Source: Vicugna vicugna
Taxonomy: Eukaryota
NCBI GenBank assembly: GCA_013265495.1
Contig: MU058687.1
Coordinates: 1,674,001-1,738,000, forward strand
Direction of reading: 5' to 3'
DNA length: 64,000 nt
In this document: in pieces, positions 24,929-38,987 of the stretch
Layout: each line of letters starts with the position of its first letter
Position numbering within the stretch: position 1 is the first letter of the stretch
Notes under the pieces: model-generated
The model's input: the letters and a program-made list of their open reading frames with translations, nothing else
Told to the model about the DNA's origin: nothing
Database searches by the model: none
Position numbers and translations under genes: made by a program

Positions 24929-25415
24929 CAGGGTTTCTTAACATGTTTGATGCAGTGGGTCTCGTTGGCAGTATGGAGAAGCCTATGCATCTCTTGTCAG
25001 ACTAATGTTTTTAAAGTGTATTTTAAAAATACATAAGACTGCAAAGAAATTGTATTGAAATATACTTATCAAAATATTTTTTAAAAAATCAAATTTGAGA
25101 TATATATGCTTTTTTTTATTACTGCATTAAATAGTATGATCTAGTGGTGAGTCTGTTAACTGCCATAATTTTTAAATACTGTGAGAATAAGTGATTTTTT
25201 GAGGTAACTGTAAACAACTTTAAAATAATATTCAAATACTTGATACCTACTGGTGGCAGGGTCATAGGCACTGCTAAAACTATTCTGCTTTGTTGCCTAC
25301 ATTTCTAATTGAAGGTAGTGTTACATTTCAGCTAGAAATTAGTGAAAATAAAGATGTCATTTTTTCCCCTATCCATGATTAATGACACCTAGTGAATCTC
25401 AGGTTAAGAACCCTT
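24929..25415 (+). mobile_element. hAT-Charlie (Charlie4a-like) element
   Basis: Terminal inverted repeats cagggtttcttaac ... gttaagaaccct. Confidence 0.75.
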
Positions 25416-25566
25416 GGTCCAAAGTTATCCTCAACCTACTTGTAATAGGATAAGGATAGCAGTATAATGTTATTGAGTATAATTAAGCCAGCCACCATCT
25501 ACAGTTTATTTCTTTCTCCACAGTTAACTTTCTGGTTACTGAACTTGCTTCTGTGTTTTTCTTTAG

Positions 25567-25649
25567 AACGTTATCATTTATCTTACAAGATTGTACGAAC
25601 AGACAGTCGCCTGGTACGCAGCATTCTGACAGCCCATGGATTTCATGAA
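25567..25649 (+). CDS. TTLL5: TTLL5 exon 4: [28 protein letters not shown]
   Basis: tttctttag| ... GAA|gtaagt; 83 nt. Confidence 0.96.
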
Positions 25650-26922
25650 GTAAGTTCATTTTCACTACCTTACTTGATCTGCTCAAAAGCTGAAAATCCT
25701 AGCCACCTAATTGACTATCAGTTAATAGGGCCAACTCTGGAAAGTACATGGGACCACTGCTTAGTGATGACAGAACTTGAATTGAATTTCTGAGTGGCTT
25801 TATCAGTTTATCTTTGAAGTACATGGAAAACGTTTCCACAAGATTATTTTATTTTTGGACAAAATTTTTTTTCTGCTTGCTATATTTTTAGGCATGGGCT
25901 AGAGGCAGAGTTGCCCATAAGGAATTGTCTGGTACCCAATTAAAGCTCTTTGATTGCAAGCAACAGAAACAGACTCTGCCTAACTTAAACCGAAAAGGAT
26001 TTGTAGGAAAGATGTACACAGCATGGCTAGCAGAATCAGAGGAAAATCTGAAAAAGGAGGCCTTTGGAAGAAGAGAGACATCACGGAAGGAGAGAGACAT
26101 CAATAGTCCCAGGGATCTGGGAACAGAAGTCTTCAGGACCATCTCTATTGCTGTAGAAGTGAATCGACTCCATTCACTGTCCTTGTGCCTTTCTCTGCCC
26201 AAGAATCATATTCTGGAGTTAGAATAATTGGCCTAGCTTGGGTCAAGGGTCTACTCCTTGGGGGAGGGGCAGGTGATTGACAGGTCTTCTAATACCAAGG
26301 AGTCTATTATTCCCAAAGAAAAGTAGGAAGATTGGGATGTTGACATCAAAAGGGACAGGCAAAAGTTCTGGACAGACTTCCACTGTAGATATTTTGAGAC
26401 AGTTGATAAAAGTCTGGTTACTAGCTTCTTATCCTAGATTGAGGTATGAAGTAGACATTTTGAAGAAGTTCTGGTACCAGTTTATGTCCTGCCTTGTTGC
26501 TCTTTTATCTCCAGGGATTAACATGATACCTGTCACATCAGAGGCAGAGAATCCAGCATTTTTGAATGAATGGGCAAATGAATTCTAATGAATGAATGAG
26601 TGAATTCTAAGTTGGTTTTATACTATAAGGTTTTAGATCTGATCATCACTTTATACCCAGCATCTACAAGGATATAACGACAGTTTAAGAAGGATTTTTG
26701 GGTTGGGTCTTCATCTCATACTTTGATATGCAAGCATATTAAGAGACATCATGGACTTCTATAAAAAGGTTAATTTATTCTACCTTTTGTGTATAGTATT
26801 TGTCCAGCTGGGCTGCCCCTATGAATGCACTGTCGATGAAAAATCTCTCTGGCTTTTCCTTCCATCATTCTTCCAGGGGCTATCTCTGATGTTTTTTATC
26901 TTGTATTTTTATCTGCCCTTAG

Positions 26923-27030
<108 letters not shown>

Positions 27031-30000
27031 TAATGCTCTTGTAGCTACTTTGCTCCACGTAAAGGTACCTGACATTGAGGCAGGTAGCCAGCAGAGGTAA
27101 TTAATGTTCTTTAAAACAAAAAAGTCTGTGATATAGGGCAGCAGTCTACAAATCAAACTGAAGTGTTCACATCCCTGGACATATCTTAAGACTTTGTAAG
27201 GACTCTGTAGGCATGGATGGTTTTAAAGGACACTGCTTCTGGGATGCAAATCCCATAGATCTCTTTTCTAGAATTGAGCTGCTTGTGAACCCTTCATGTG
27301 GATAAGTTCTCCCTTCTTACCTCCTTTTTCTTAGTTACTGTTTTTCCCCTTTATAAAAGAATGGCTCACCTAGAATTGTAATATGATGCATTGTCCTGGG
27401 GTGTAAACATTTCCAGTGTTCCAAACAAAGGAACAAAAATATTGGTGTTTAATTCTAGTAATAACATAACATATTATTTTGCATGATAATGATTTCCATT
27501 TCTTTACTTTTAACAGAATTAAAGGAGGACATAATCAGGTTGCCAGCTGAGAGATCATTCAATATAAATTTTAATGATAGGTCATCTTGTGACTTCTGAC
27601 ATATAGTTAGAATGGAATTCAAGGAATTGAGTGTCATTGCTATATTAAACTCCTTCCAGTCCCACTGGTTAATGTCAGCCTAGAGAGACAATATTGTCTA
27701 GTGACTAGAAGCACACGCTCTGTAGCCAGCTTACCTGGGCCCAGATCACAGCTCCACTGACTGACCTTGGGCAAGTGACTTTTCTGAGCATCAGCCTCCT
27801 CATTGGTAAAAAGAAGGTACTAATGACACACACTTCGTAGGACTGTGGTGAGGATTTAATGTATCAACATCTAAAGTGCTTAGAGCAGTGCACTCTTGCC
27901 ACATAGTAAACACTGTATAAATGTTAGCTGTTATTTTTGTGAACAAAGTTTCTCCATATTTTTATCTGTGAAAAAGAAAATAGGGATATAATCGATACTG
28001 AACCCTACTTCATTCTAGCAGTAAGTAATGTTTAACCATGGAGAGATGTATGACCTGCTGGAGAAGAGGGCAGCTAATCTCGTCTGTCTAATGAAGAGAT
28101 GCACAAATCCAATAAAATTTTTATTATTTAGTCAGTGGTTATGTCACATTTTATTTCTAGGACTTATGCCCCAGTTACTCACTCATGCTAACAAGTTATT
28201 TTCAGTCACCTCATTTCTTTTCTTCTCCTTTTCATGAGATGAAAGTTCTTTCTTGGTTATTCAATTCTACTGTCTTAGTACTCAGTCAATGTGTATAAAT
28301 ACCCAGCCTATACTATCTCTAATGTCAAATAATTTCTTCATAATTTTAGGTAAATGTATGTTTTGAGTCTTTATTACAATTTCCGGATTTATTTTATGTC
28401 TGAGCTTCATTGGCAGAGAATAATTGAAACCTTATTTTCTTCCTTAATGCCTGGAAGATGTGGATTTGGTTTCCAAATGTGTGACTGGATGCTTGAAGTG
28501 AATCAGATGCAACTATTTTAAATAGGTATTCAAACAGTCTTAAAATAGCCCACAGTAGAGTCTGCATTCCTAATTCATGTCAGTAGTATACTATTTATTT
28601 CAATAGCTTTTGAACTACTCCTGTAGGTATATGGAAATTCCATCTCAATTTGTACTCAGACAATAGTAATAACCTCTAGCCTGTATTTTCTTCACTTCTC
28701 TTTGAATGTGTTGTACATGAATGTTTGAGGACATTAACATTCCATTATCTAAATGCAGTATACGTTGGCTTCTGCTACTATATATTTTTGTTTTCAGTCC
28801 AAAGACTTCTAATTCACATGCAAGAGGAATTCAAACACTTAAAATGTTTCCAATATTTTTGTGAACTCTTTTTAATGTACTTTTATAATTTTAAATAATT
28901 TTACTTTTAGAAAAGTTGCAAAAGTATAATATAGAGAGTTCCTATGTATCCTTTACCCAATTTTCCTAATGTTAACATTAGTTATAACCATAGTATAATG
29001 ATCAAAGTGGAGAAGTTAACATTACTATAATATAAATTTTAATCAAAATTTATAATATTTATATTTCGATGAATTGTGTACTATCTTTTTACAATGATAA
29101 TCAGTTCAATATATGTGACATACAGCCTTGTGATCACAGGAAATTAAAAAATATTATAAGTAATTAATATACATATTTTTGTTGTAGAGAAGATATAATA
29201 TAAAAGACTTGCAAGCATTAAGTATGTTCTGTTAGGCTGAGCTGTTCTTTGGATGAAATGGTATGGAAGAAGTGAAAACAAGGGTGAATGGGGAGATAAC
29301 GTCTGGGTGGGAGTCTAAGGGAGGCTTCTGAGGGAGCTGGGAATGTTCTGTGCTCAGTGGTGGTCACACAGGTGACCAAAATTCGTGATACTCTGCATTT
29401 GTGACTTGGATACCTTTCTGTATATATATTACCTTCAGTAAAAAGTATAGTATTTTAAAAAGTGAGAAATTTACTGACAAAAAGTCACTTTTCTTTCACA
29501 GTACTTAAAAAATATACAGTGAGTAGTGAATCCTAATGTTATTTAGGTTCCCTTGAATATACCTAAAAGGAGAGTGTTACAGTTTTATTTAAAAATAATA
29601 TTTGCTGTTCATTGGATCCTTTGGAACAATTTAAATTTATGATGAAAAAAATCTTGATAACTAAAAGGATACATTGTTTTCCAAAATTTGTATTGGGAGT
29701 ACAAAGTGAAAAAGTTTGGAGACGACTAATATTGGATATCTGTAGGCGGATGAGTTGTTCTTCTTATCTTCTACTTCAGTATTTCTAATTCCTTAATGAT
29801 AAGCATCATTGAGGGTACTTTTAAAATATATATATTCATAGGTCTTAAAGTATATAATATATTATTATATTATATATTATCATATATAATATAGTAATGT
29901 AAAATATAAAAGGTATATTTAAAAAGCACCTTCTAGGTGCTTAATCTTTCTAGGTAAATATATACCTAGAAAGCTGTTTATTTTAGAAGCAATGAGGTGA

Positions 30001-30608
30001 TTTAAATCTGAGAAGTTTGGAAATTACTGCTCTAGGCTAAATTAGTGTTACAGTGTGGTCTCTGGACCATCTGTACCAAAACCACCTGGGGTACATGTTT
30101 AAAATGCAGAATCTTAGACTTCATACCAGGATTTTGAGAGCTGAGACCCTGGAACATCCATTTTTTGAAAAGAAACTATATAGGTGATTCTTATGTACAC
30201 TAAAATTTGAGGCCGTCTGCTCTACATGTGAAGAAGACGATGGGTAAGAAAGAAGTGATGATAATACCTAGATTTGGCAAAGCAACCTTTGGTTTTAGGA
30301 AATCATAGTAAAATTTTTGAACTGAGGAGCAGCTAGAATTCATTTCTAATAGTTGCAGCAAAGATTCTTAGATGATTTTTAAGTAGTGCAACAAACCACA
30401 GACTCAGGAATTCAGTCGAGGCTAAATGAAGTGCCTGTTGGTAATTTGCTAGATTCCACTCCCTGATAGGTAGCAGTTATTGCCCTAATTTTAAGGTGAT
30501 CATTTCCTTGACAAAGTGATAGATTTGGGATATAATACTATCCTCAGTAACTGCTCTAAAACTGAGCTATGAACTCTGTAGCATGTGATGACACAGAAAA
30601 AGCTCTGA

Positions 30609-30812
<204 letters not shown>

Positions 30813-32599
30813 TAAGGTTTACTCCAGGGGCTGCCTCAAGTCCGGAACCAATCAGGGCTTTTCAAATCCTTTAAGAAGTTTTTTCTTTAGTAAAACAGCT
30901 GCAGAGGTAACTTCAAAATCATTTTTATTCTGAATGTGTGCTTATATGTTTGCTCTTGGTAAGCTTGCCAGTAACATTTATGTAAGGAGACATTGGTGCC
31001 ACATCAGTGTGCTCCTGTCTAATACAGAAAGTCTCTTCTTCATTGACAACAGTTAGTGCCCAGGTAAGGATGTATATACTTCTGCATGTGAACTACGTAT
31101 GCACCCTTTTTGGTGTCTCTTTTCCTGTTGCCATTTAAGGAATATTCCTGTCACCTCGATTTCTGAACTTGTGTGATACATGTTCTTTGGGCTGCAAGTA
31201 TCACAAATCTTTTGGTGTTAGAGTTTGGAGGTACCAGTCAGCCACACTCTCTCTTCTTGGTGTTCAGATTAATTAAAAACTACACATGGGCGCCAAATAG
31301 GCATGTGAATGTCAGCTGTATTGCTGGTAAAGCTAGATGGGGACACAAGGCCTGCATCCAAGTCTCAATGTGCTTTTTATTTCTTTTGTCTTGATGTGAG
31401 CTTACCTCCGCAGGTCCAAGCAGAGGAGATGGGCTATTTCCCCAGGCTTTCAGACCCTGCCTCAGTAGGCTTAGTGCACAGAAGAGGCACGTGTACAGAG
31501 AAGGTGTGAGGCAGGCCTTTTGTGAGAGTCTAAATAGGAATAATAATAATAATAGCTAACGCTTAAAGAACACTGCTTTCTATTAGGCCCTCTCCAAGGG
31601 ACGCCTTTACTCTGAGGTAGGGACTGTTCTTCCCAGTTTTACAGATGAGGAAACTAAGGTCCAGAGAGGCTAATGTACCTGGAGTATTGCCTGATAGGCA
31701 CTTAATAAATGTTCAGTAATATTTCCTATTTGGGTTATGTTGAGATGTATTGTTTCATAATAAAAGTGAAAAATTATGCAATTAACCAACATGGCAGCAT
31801 AAACATTTAAAAGTTGAAAGCATTCCTGTTATGAACTCCTCCTGCTGGTGAATCCCTAATGAGAAATTAAAGTCCAGGCTGATTCCCTATTAAACGCTAA
31901 AGGAATATGAAGTTGAAAATGCTCTTTCTCCTCTCTGCTCTTACTCTGTGGTTCTTCCCCGCCCTTTGGAGGCAGGTTGAGGGCTGGAGATGTTCATTCA
32001 GAAGACTGCATCGAGTTAGACTTCCTCCATCCATTCACGTCTATGTGTCTTTCAGTACAATTGCTTCTTCATCATACTGTTCAAACTCTTACGTGTTCTA
32101 CTCTTTAACAAAAATAAATTCAAAAGGCTGACAGAATACATAGAATTAGCACAACTGCGTCCTAGAGCCACCACATTTCGCTCCAGGGCAGTTTTTATAG
32201 ACAAATGTTCTTCAGTCTCAAAACAAATTACTCATTGCCGTTACCACCCAAAGACCACAGCAGGGACTTACTGTGCGGTGGAGGAGGGACCAGGGAAGAC
32301 ATGATAGTAGGGAGGAATCTTCTTGATTTCAGTCCTGCCAGGATGCTAGTCATTCTTTGCCAGTTGTCCAGAGTCCATGATCTCCAAACTTATACCCACT
32401 GTTGAGAGATCAGCCTCAGAAAGTTGTGTTTCTGAGTTTACACATTAGGGGAGAAGCCTGCCTCTTCCTACCACTTCCTCTTTCAAAGAGACATTCCTCT
32501 TCTTCATAAAGTCTGTTTTAAGTTCTCTTTTCTTTTGCTATCCACCTAGCATAACTTGGAAATTCCCCTTTCTTCATGACTCTTGTGTTCTGACCCTCC

Positions 32600-33250
32600 A
32601 GGGCTTGCCTGAGTGTGGGCAGTAGGAGATTCCTGAGAAGGAAAGAGATGTGAACAGGCTGGCCTCTAGGAAAATAACTGTGAAATGAATTGGAGGGAGT
32701 AGGGGAAGAAACACAGTGGTTACTTTGAAGGTTACTGCCATAATGCAGGTAAGAAGTGCGGGTGGACTGAGCTAGGGAGCTGGAATGAAAGGAGGAGTGG
32801 AAAGAAGGGAAGAATAAACATGATTTACTAACTGACTGCAAGTAGGGAGGTGGGGGTCAAAGATCTGCAAAGGTGTGAGTCTGAGAAGCTGGAAGGATCA
32901 TTAAGTCTAAGTGGGGAGTGTAGCCAGGAATGAGAAGGAAGAGTGTTGAAGGGCCAGAGGATGTCACATTTTGGACTGGTGTGGATTTGATGGGCCTGCA
33001 AGCTTCCATGTAGTGATATTTTGTAGGCAGTTGTAAGGGCAGTTTTGAGTTCTGGCCAGAGGTGTAGATTTTGGAAGTTGCAGATATGGAGGTGGATGTA
33101 ATTAGCAGGGGAGAGGAAAGAGAAAGAGAGGAAGCACAGAGAAATCAGAGGGGAGAGAGAACTCAAAGACACGAGCAAGGGAATGAAGTCCCAGAGGAAG
33201 CGGGAGGATTCCCTTAAGAGCCCAAGTAGAAGGGTGAGCTTTGGGAAGGA
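32600..33250. mobile_element. L2 LINE remnant (other L2-like pieces at about 34700-34840, 42760-43190, 63160-63850)
   Basis: Purine-rich degenerate L2-like blocks (ttttggac...gatttga, gtaggcagttg, tagattttggaag). Confidence 0.6.
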
Positions 33251-35367
33251 GGTGGGCACATCTCTCCCCTAAAGGGAGGGAAGGCAGAAGGCTAAGTGAT
33301 GACCCAGATACAATTTTAGATGGAGAGGAAAGCAGGTCAGTGAGTTTATGTTACAGATTCCCAGCCTTCTGGGTGAGGAGGGTGATGAGGACACGTACCA
33401 AGAATGAGGGGCCCAGGGCTGGGCCAGGGAGTTTGAGAGGGGCAGAGAGGCATGGGAATAGCCTGCAAAGGGCCTTTGAAAGGGTCCTGATAAAGACCAG
33501 ACATGAGGATTGCCTGAAGACACTAGTGATACCAGCCAAGGTGGAGCTCTTGAATTTGTAGCTTTTAGTTCTAATAAGAGAAAACCTGAAATCCATCTCT
33601 GTAGAGATCTAGTCCAGAGACCAGCCACTGCCTTAAGAGGTGTGAAAGCCTGGATGCTACCAAACTGGTGCCAGTAATTTGGGTGTGAGGCTCGGAATAC
33701 ACAGACAGATCTTGCTAGACTCCTTGTGCCACTGTTGCTGGTTGCAGTATGTAGTGGAATTGGAGGTCTGTGACCCTGAAGAACCTGAGTCTCTTGCCAG
33801 CTCCAGCCACTTATATCCCTCCTCCCCCCAACCCTGACCCCCCGCAGTGGACAGCTTTCTAAGCAGGAAGAAGGAAACCAGAAGGAAGATAGGATGGTGC
33901 CAATACCAGAAAAGAAGAACTTTGTCCCCAATCCCCAGCAGATTTCTGTTTACATCTAATTGGCCAGAATTTTGTCCTCTGGCCATCTTTGTTGCAAGAG
34001 AGAAATAATTCTAAGGAATAAGCAAAACTTTGATGTCAGCTGGTTAATAGCAGATGACTAGATTTCAAAGCAATCAGTAAATTTATAGGATCATAATACT
34101 AGAATTAAGAGCGATCTCAGGAGTTCAGGCTAAACCCCTCATTTTGAAGATGAGACTGGATAAGTTAAGCAGATTGCCCATGGTAAAAACCAGAATTAGA
34201 ACTCAGATCATTCTACTCCTAATTCAGTGCTCTTTCCATTAGATTGAACATGCTGCCACCATAGGACCTGGAAGGCACAAGAAAGAATTACGGACATCTT
34301 CATCATCCTAACAGGCTACTGAGCTCTTTGCCCTGCCTCTACCTCTAGTTTTTCTTGCTTCCTACCCACATTTTTAGAACCTATGAAAGAAATCAGTCCT
34401 TGTGCTGAAATATAACAAATCAAGGAGAAAAGCCTAGCATCAAAGACAAATTTCTGACACTTAGAATTTCAAGATCATGATAAAAGTGAAACACCAGAAG
34501 AAGCAGAAACTTCTGATAAAGCTAGCTCACAAAGTAGGATTTATTAAATGTGTTAGATGGCAAAAGTTGCATTTAGCCAGATTTTCCCTGTTCTAAAAAC
34601 GAGCATTTTCTGTATCTGCTTGTCACTGCAGACAGGTCTGGCCATTTTCTCTGGCCTTCCTGAAGCACCTGCACTTCCTCTTTGTGAGCTCAGTGTGTCT
34701 GTAATTACTTGCTCAGTGTCTACCTTTCTGCTAGTCTGATCTCCGTGAGGGCAGGGAGTGTCTCGTTCACTACTACGTGCCCCACACTAGCAAGCTGCTT
34801 GACACGGATTAGGTACTTAGAATATTGAATGAATGAAGTTTTAAAATTGTTGAATTTTTTTGTTTTGTTTTCTTTTATTATCCATAGCATCTTTTGTGCT
34901 CAGTCTGTCATACTCTTAGAATTTGGAGAAAATGGAAAAATATATAAAGTGTATACGTATACATATATTCAATGGCTTCACTTTATAGAGATGTAATTTG
35001 TCTTACATAACTGTCAATATGCCATCTATAGCAGGATTTTAAAATTATGTAAATTTTATTTTTTGAAAGGTAATATAGTCCCATGGTACAAAAACAAAAC
35101 AAAACAATAGTCAGTGAAAAGCTTCTTTTCTCCTCTTTCCCTCAGTCATCCAGAGGTGATCAGTGTTACTAGTATATTTACATATCCTTCTAGAGATATT
35201 CTCTCTACTTGTATAACTTGAGTGTGTCTGTGAACAGATGGGAGCGTACAATACACATTTCCCTGAACTCTACTTTTTTTTTCCACTCAACAGCCTATCT
35301 TTGAACTCATTCCCTCTCTGTTCATGAATAGTGTGTCTCATTTTGTGTGTCTGCTTACTATTCCATT

Positions 35368-35700
35368 AGGCAAGTGTCTGCAAACTACAACCCTGTGTCA
35401 GATCCAGTCCTCTGCTTTTTTATGTATATCCCATGGGCTAAAAATGGTTTTTACATTTTTAAATGGTTGAACAAAAATCCAGAGAAGAATAAAATTTTCA
35501 TGGCATGTGGAAATCATACAAATTTCCGTGCCCATAAATCAAGTTTTTGAGGGGCACAGCCGTGTCCCTTCATTTACATATTGTTTATGGTGTCTTTCAA
35601 GCTACCACGGCAAAGTCGAATAGTTACAACAGAGATTGCATGGCATGCAAAGCCTAAGCTATTTATTATCTGGCTTTTTACCAAAAGTTTCCCGCCCCCT
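35368..35700. mobile_element. MER58-like hAT element inserted in an old L1 fragment
   Basis: gcaaactacaacc...tatttattatctggctttttaccaaaagtttcccgcccc. Confidence 0.7.
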
Positions 35701-36759
35701 CATATAGGTACAATATAGTGTATTAATTAATTTATGGATGTCTTTTGCTGTTACAATGCAGCATTGAATAATCTTATACAAAGAACCTTCCACATGTATG
35801 TAAGTAGGATTAGAGAGTACATTTCCAGAAGTGCAGTTGCTCACAGAGTTTTAAATCCTCTGTGGTACATCACATTTTTTCTAATTCTGTTAGGCTGCAT
35901 CAAGGGAAAAAGCTGGGGAGGATGTAGGGGAGATCTTCTTTTTCTCCTAGAGAACGGTTTGTGGCACTGACCAAGTCAGGTTCCTGCAGGGAGGCCTTGG
36001 AGAGACAGTTTGGCTCCAATCAGAAGGAGAGTCCCTTGTCCCTGTTTCTCTCCCATGTCCCCTGACCTTCCCTAAGTGGAGGGCGGAGCCATCTACGAGC
36101 CTCTGGGCTCCTTGTGTGGGTTGTGTGGTTTCTCTTTCTATGATCCAAAGGAATTTAAAGTGTAACCCTGAATCTGGGAAAGGAACAAGAGTAAAGGGCA
36201 CCTTTTAACTACATGCAAATTATTGTCCTACCTTTCCACTCACACATTGTTGATTTAAGGCAATTTTTTCTTACAACCTTAGAGAAATTGCTTAAGGAAA
36301 ATTATCATATTAGGGGATCTGACTTTTGACTCGTGTTGTCACTGTCTGCAGTGTGAGCCTCTGGAGGTTCTTCAGTTAATAGAGGCTAGAATCTCAAAAG
36401 ATTCATGGAGGTTGTTTGTGTCAGCAAGAGACTAATACCCAGATATTTGACCTACTGATATTTGCCCTACTGTGTTTTCATTCTCTCATTCAAGAGGGGA
36501 AATGGTGGAAGAAATACATTATATAATTTTGCTTTCTCTTCCTTCCTCCTCTTTCCTCTGTCTTTGTCTTTCTCTCTCTCTTTCTGTTTTCATTTTTTAG
36601 TACAGAAATACAGGTTATTTTACTGCTGTCCTTCACTTGGAAATTTGGAAAATTCTTTGGGTACCTGCCTAGATAACTGTTGTTGAAGTTTGAGGTAATA
36701 AACTCATGCCCTTTCTCTCTCTTTTTTTCTTTCTCCTTTTTTCTCTCTCAATGTTTTGA

Positions 36760-36867
<108 letters not shown>

Positions 36868-38858
36868 TAGGGCTTCTCTCTGTGTTAGTTCTTCCCTGCT
36901 TCACCCTTTGTCTTAGCTTCTAAATCTGCATTCAGAAGTGTGATTTGAGGGTAGGTATGAGTCTACTGTTCACCTTACTGGCAGTAACCTCCTCCCATGC
37001 CAACTGTTATTCTATGGCTAATAAATCACTTGATCAGATTTTGGGGGAGGGCAGCCTTTGGTATCAGCAGAAAAGAGGTATTTTTTCTGCTTTCAGTGTT
37101 CTGTCTTGTTAATTACTTAACACTGAGCATTAAGTGGTAACACACATACTTCGTTCCTGTTGTGAGCAGACACATGACTCAAGGTCATCAAGGAAGTTAA
37201 ACCTTAATTGGGAATGGCATCCTTGCTGCTGTGTCTGCTCCTTCCACTCTTCTTTCTTCTTCTTCCTCCTCATCCTCTTCTTTTTTCAGCAGTCACCAGT
37301 ATGACTTCTTGATTCTTTGCAAAATCCACATTCAAGTTGTTTTTCAGTTGAATACATATACAGAGTTAAAAAAAATAAAATCCCAACCCCAGTCTCACTC
37401 ACTAGACTTAAAACAGTAGATAGTAACCTAATGTAGCTGATTGATGTTTCTTCTTTTCTCAGCTTCACGTTTTATTTCATAATTCTCAGTTTGATATTTT
37501 CTGCACTCATATCATCTCCTATCCCCCCTTCACATTCCTTTTCCAAGTTTGATTACTTTTTATTTTCATATTGTAAAGGTTTATAATTTTATACTCTCTT
37601 CAGTAATTATAATTCAGTTTCTCTGTTTTATTTGCAAGTTAAATAAAAATTTAAACTCAGTAGAAACTTTACAGATGGGAATTCTGAAATTGCACTAGTG
37701 TTTCAGTCTGGGTCTTTTTTCATTTTTCTTCCTTGACATTCAGTTGTCCCTTTAAACATAGAAGCTAGTATTTTTCTTTAGTTCAGGGAAAATCACCCAT
37801 TTTTGGTCTCTGGAACTCCTTTTTGAAACACTCTGGGTCTTTTCTTCATGTCAACTTCTCTCTCATTTTAAATTCTCTGTCTCTTCCCATCTTTATCTTC
37901 TGAATCACCGGTTTGAGCTTTATCCATTTTGTTATTCTGGCTATCAGGATTTATAGAAGCTCTTATTTTCTGATTTGCCTTTTTATTTATTTTTTTGGTA
38001 CCAGCCTGTTGTTGCTTGATGGATGCCATTTGCCTGCTGGTTTTTCTGAGGAAACGAACTGAAAGCTTTTTAAAGTTCTCTTCTGTTTCATGAGTTTTCT
38101 TGGGATCATCTTTTCTCCTCCACGGTTGGGTTTTCTCACTCTCCGTGACCTTAGGTGTTGAGTCATCCCTGTGAACAAAAGACCTGACTGACTGAGATTG
38201 ACAGCTGGCCTGGGTTCCTCTACTGCTGTGTGGGACTGATTCCCTGATAGCTTCTCCTGGGACAGGAGACTGGCTGTGAGCTTTGTGCGAGGGCACAGCA
38301 TGTTGACCGTCAGGCCGCAGCTTAGGTGTTAGTGAGGAGCACGCCTCTGCCTTCCCTGTTGCCAAAACAGGGCAGGCCTCATTGTGAGTGTAGAGGAAGA
38401 CTTTGGTGACTTCCCTTTGGGGCAGCGCTGCCTCTCTCCTCTTTCTCTCTTTGTGCCTTGGAGGGATACAGTGGCCTCAAGTTCCACTCTTCTGTCAGAT
38501 CCCTGCACCCAAGCAAGGTGTCCTCCTGGAGTCATCCTTAGGTTGTGTCCGGAGGGCGGAGCTTTGGTTGTTGGAGAAGGCCCACCGGCCTCACCGTTTT
38601 GCATGCTGTTTGTTTCTTAATGATCTTGTCCCCTGGCTCACTCCTGCTCCTCGTGTTTGTTCATTGCCAGCTTAGAACTCCTCAGAGGCCTCCTTGGGAA
38701 GACCGCTCTCAGCTCTGATATTTTGGGCTGGGGCTTCCTCTGCTCTGTTTTCTTAACCTGTTCCCATCTACTGTCTATTGTTCAGGGTTTCCTTAAACCT
38801 CTGGTCTTTTGTTGGCTCCTTTAACTGTTTTCTAGCCTTGTTATCATTTCATTCTTTT

Positions 38859-38987
38859 TTTTGGTGGGGGGGAGTAATTAAGTTTGTTTGTTTGTTTGTT
38901 TGTTTTTAGAGGCAGTACTGGGGATTGAACCCAGGACCCTGTGCATACCAGGCATGTGCTCTACCACTTGAACTATACCCTCTCCCT
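38859..38987 (-). mobile_element. tRNA-Ala-derived SINE
   Basis: gtactggggattgaacccaggaccc...ctctaccacttgaactataccc; (GTTT)n linker; near-TSD attt(c/a)attctttt. Confidence 0.9.

Noticed and set aside
29810..29935. Inverted repeat around an AT-rich spacer (possible cruciform)
   Set aside because: The arms fit the internal symmetry of a MER5-like MITE with an AT low-complexity expansion.
33269..33986. Longest ORFs in the track (220 aa and 109 aa, minus strand)
   Set aside because: They overlap L2/MLT1-like repeat remnants and show no recognisable domain or exon structure.
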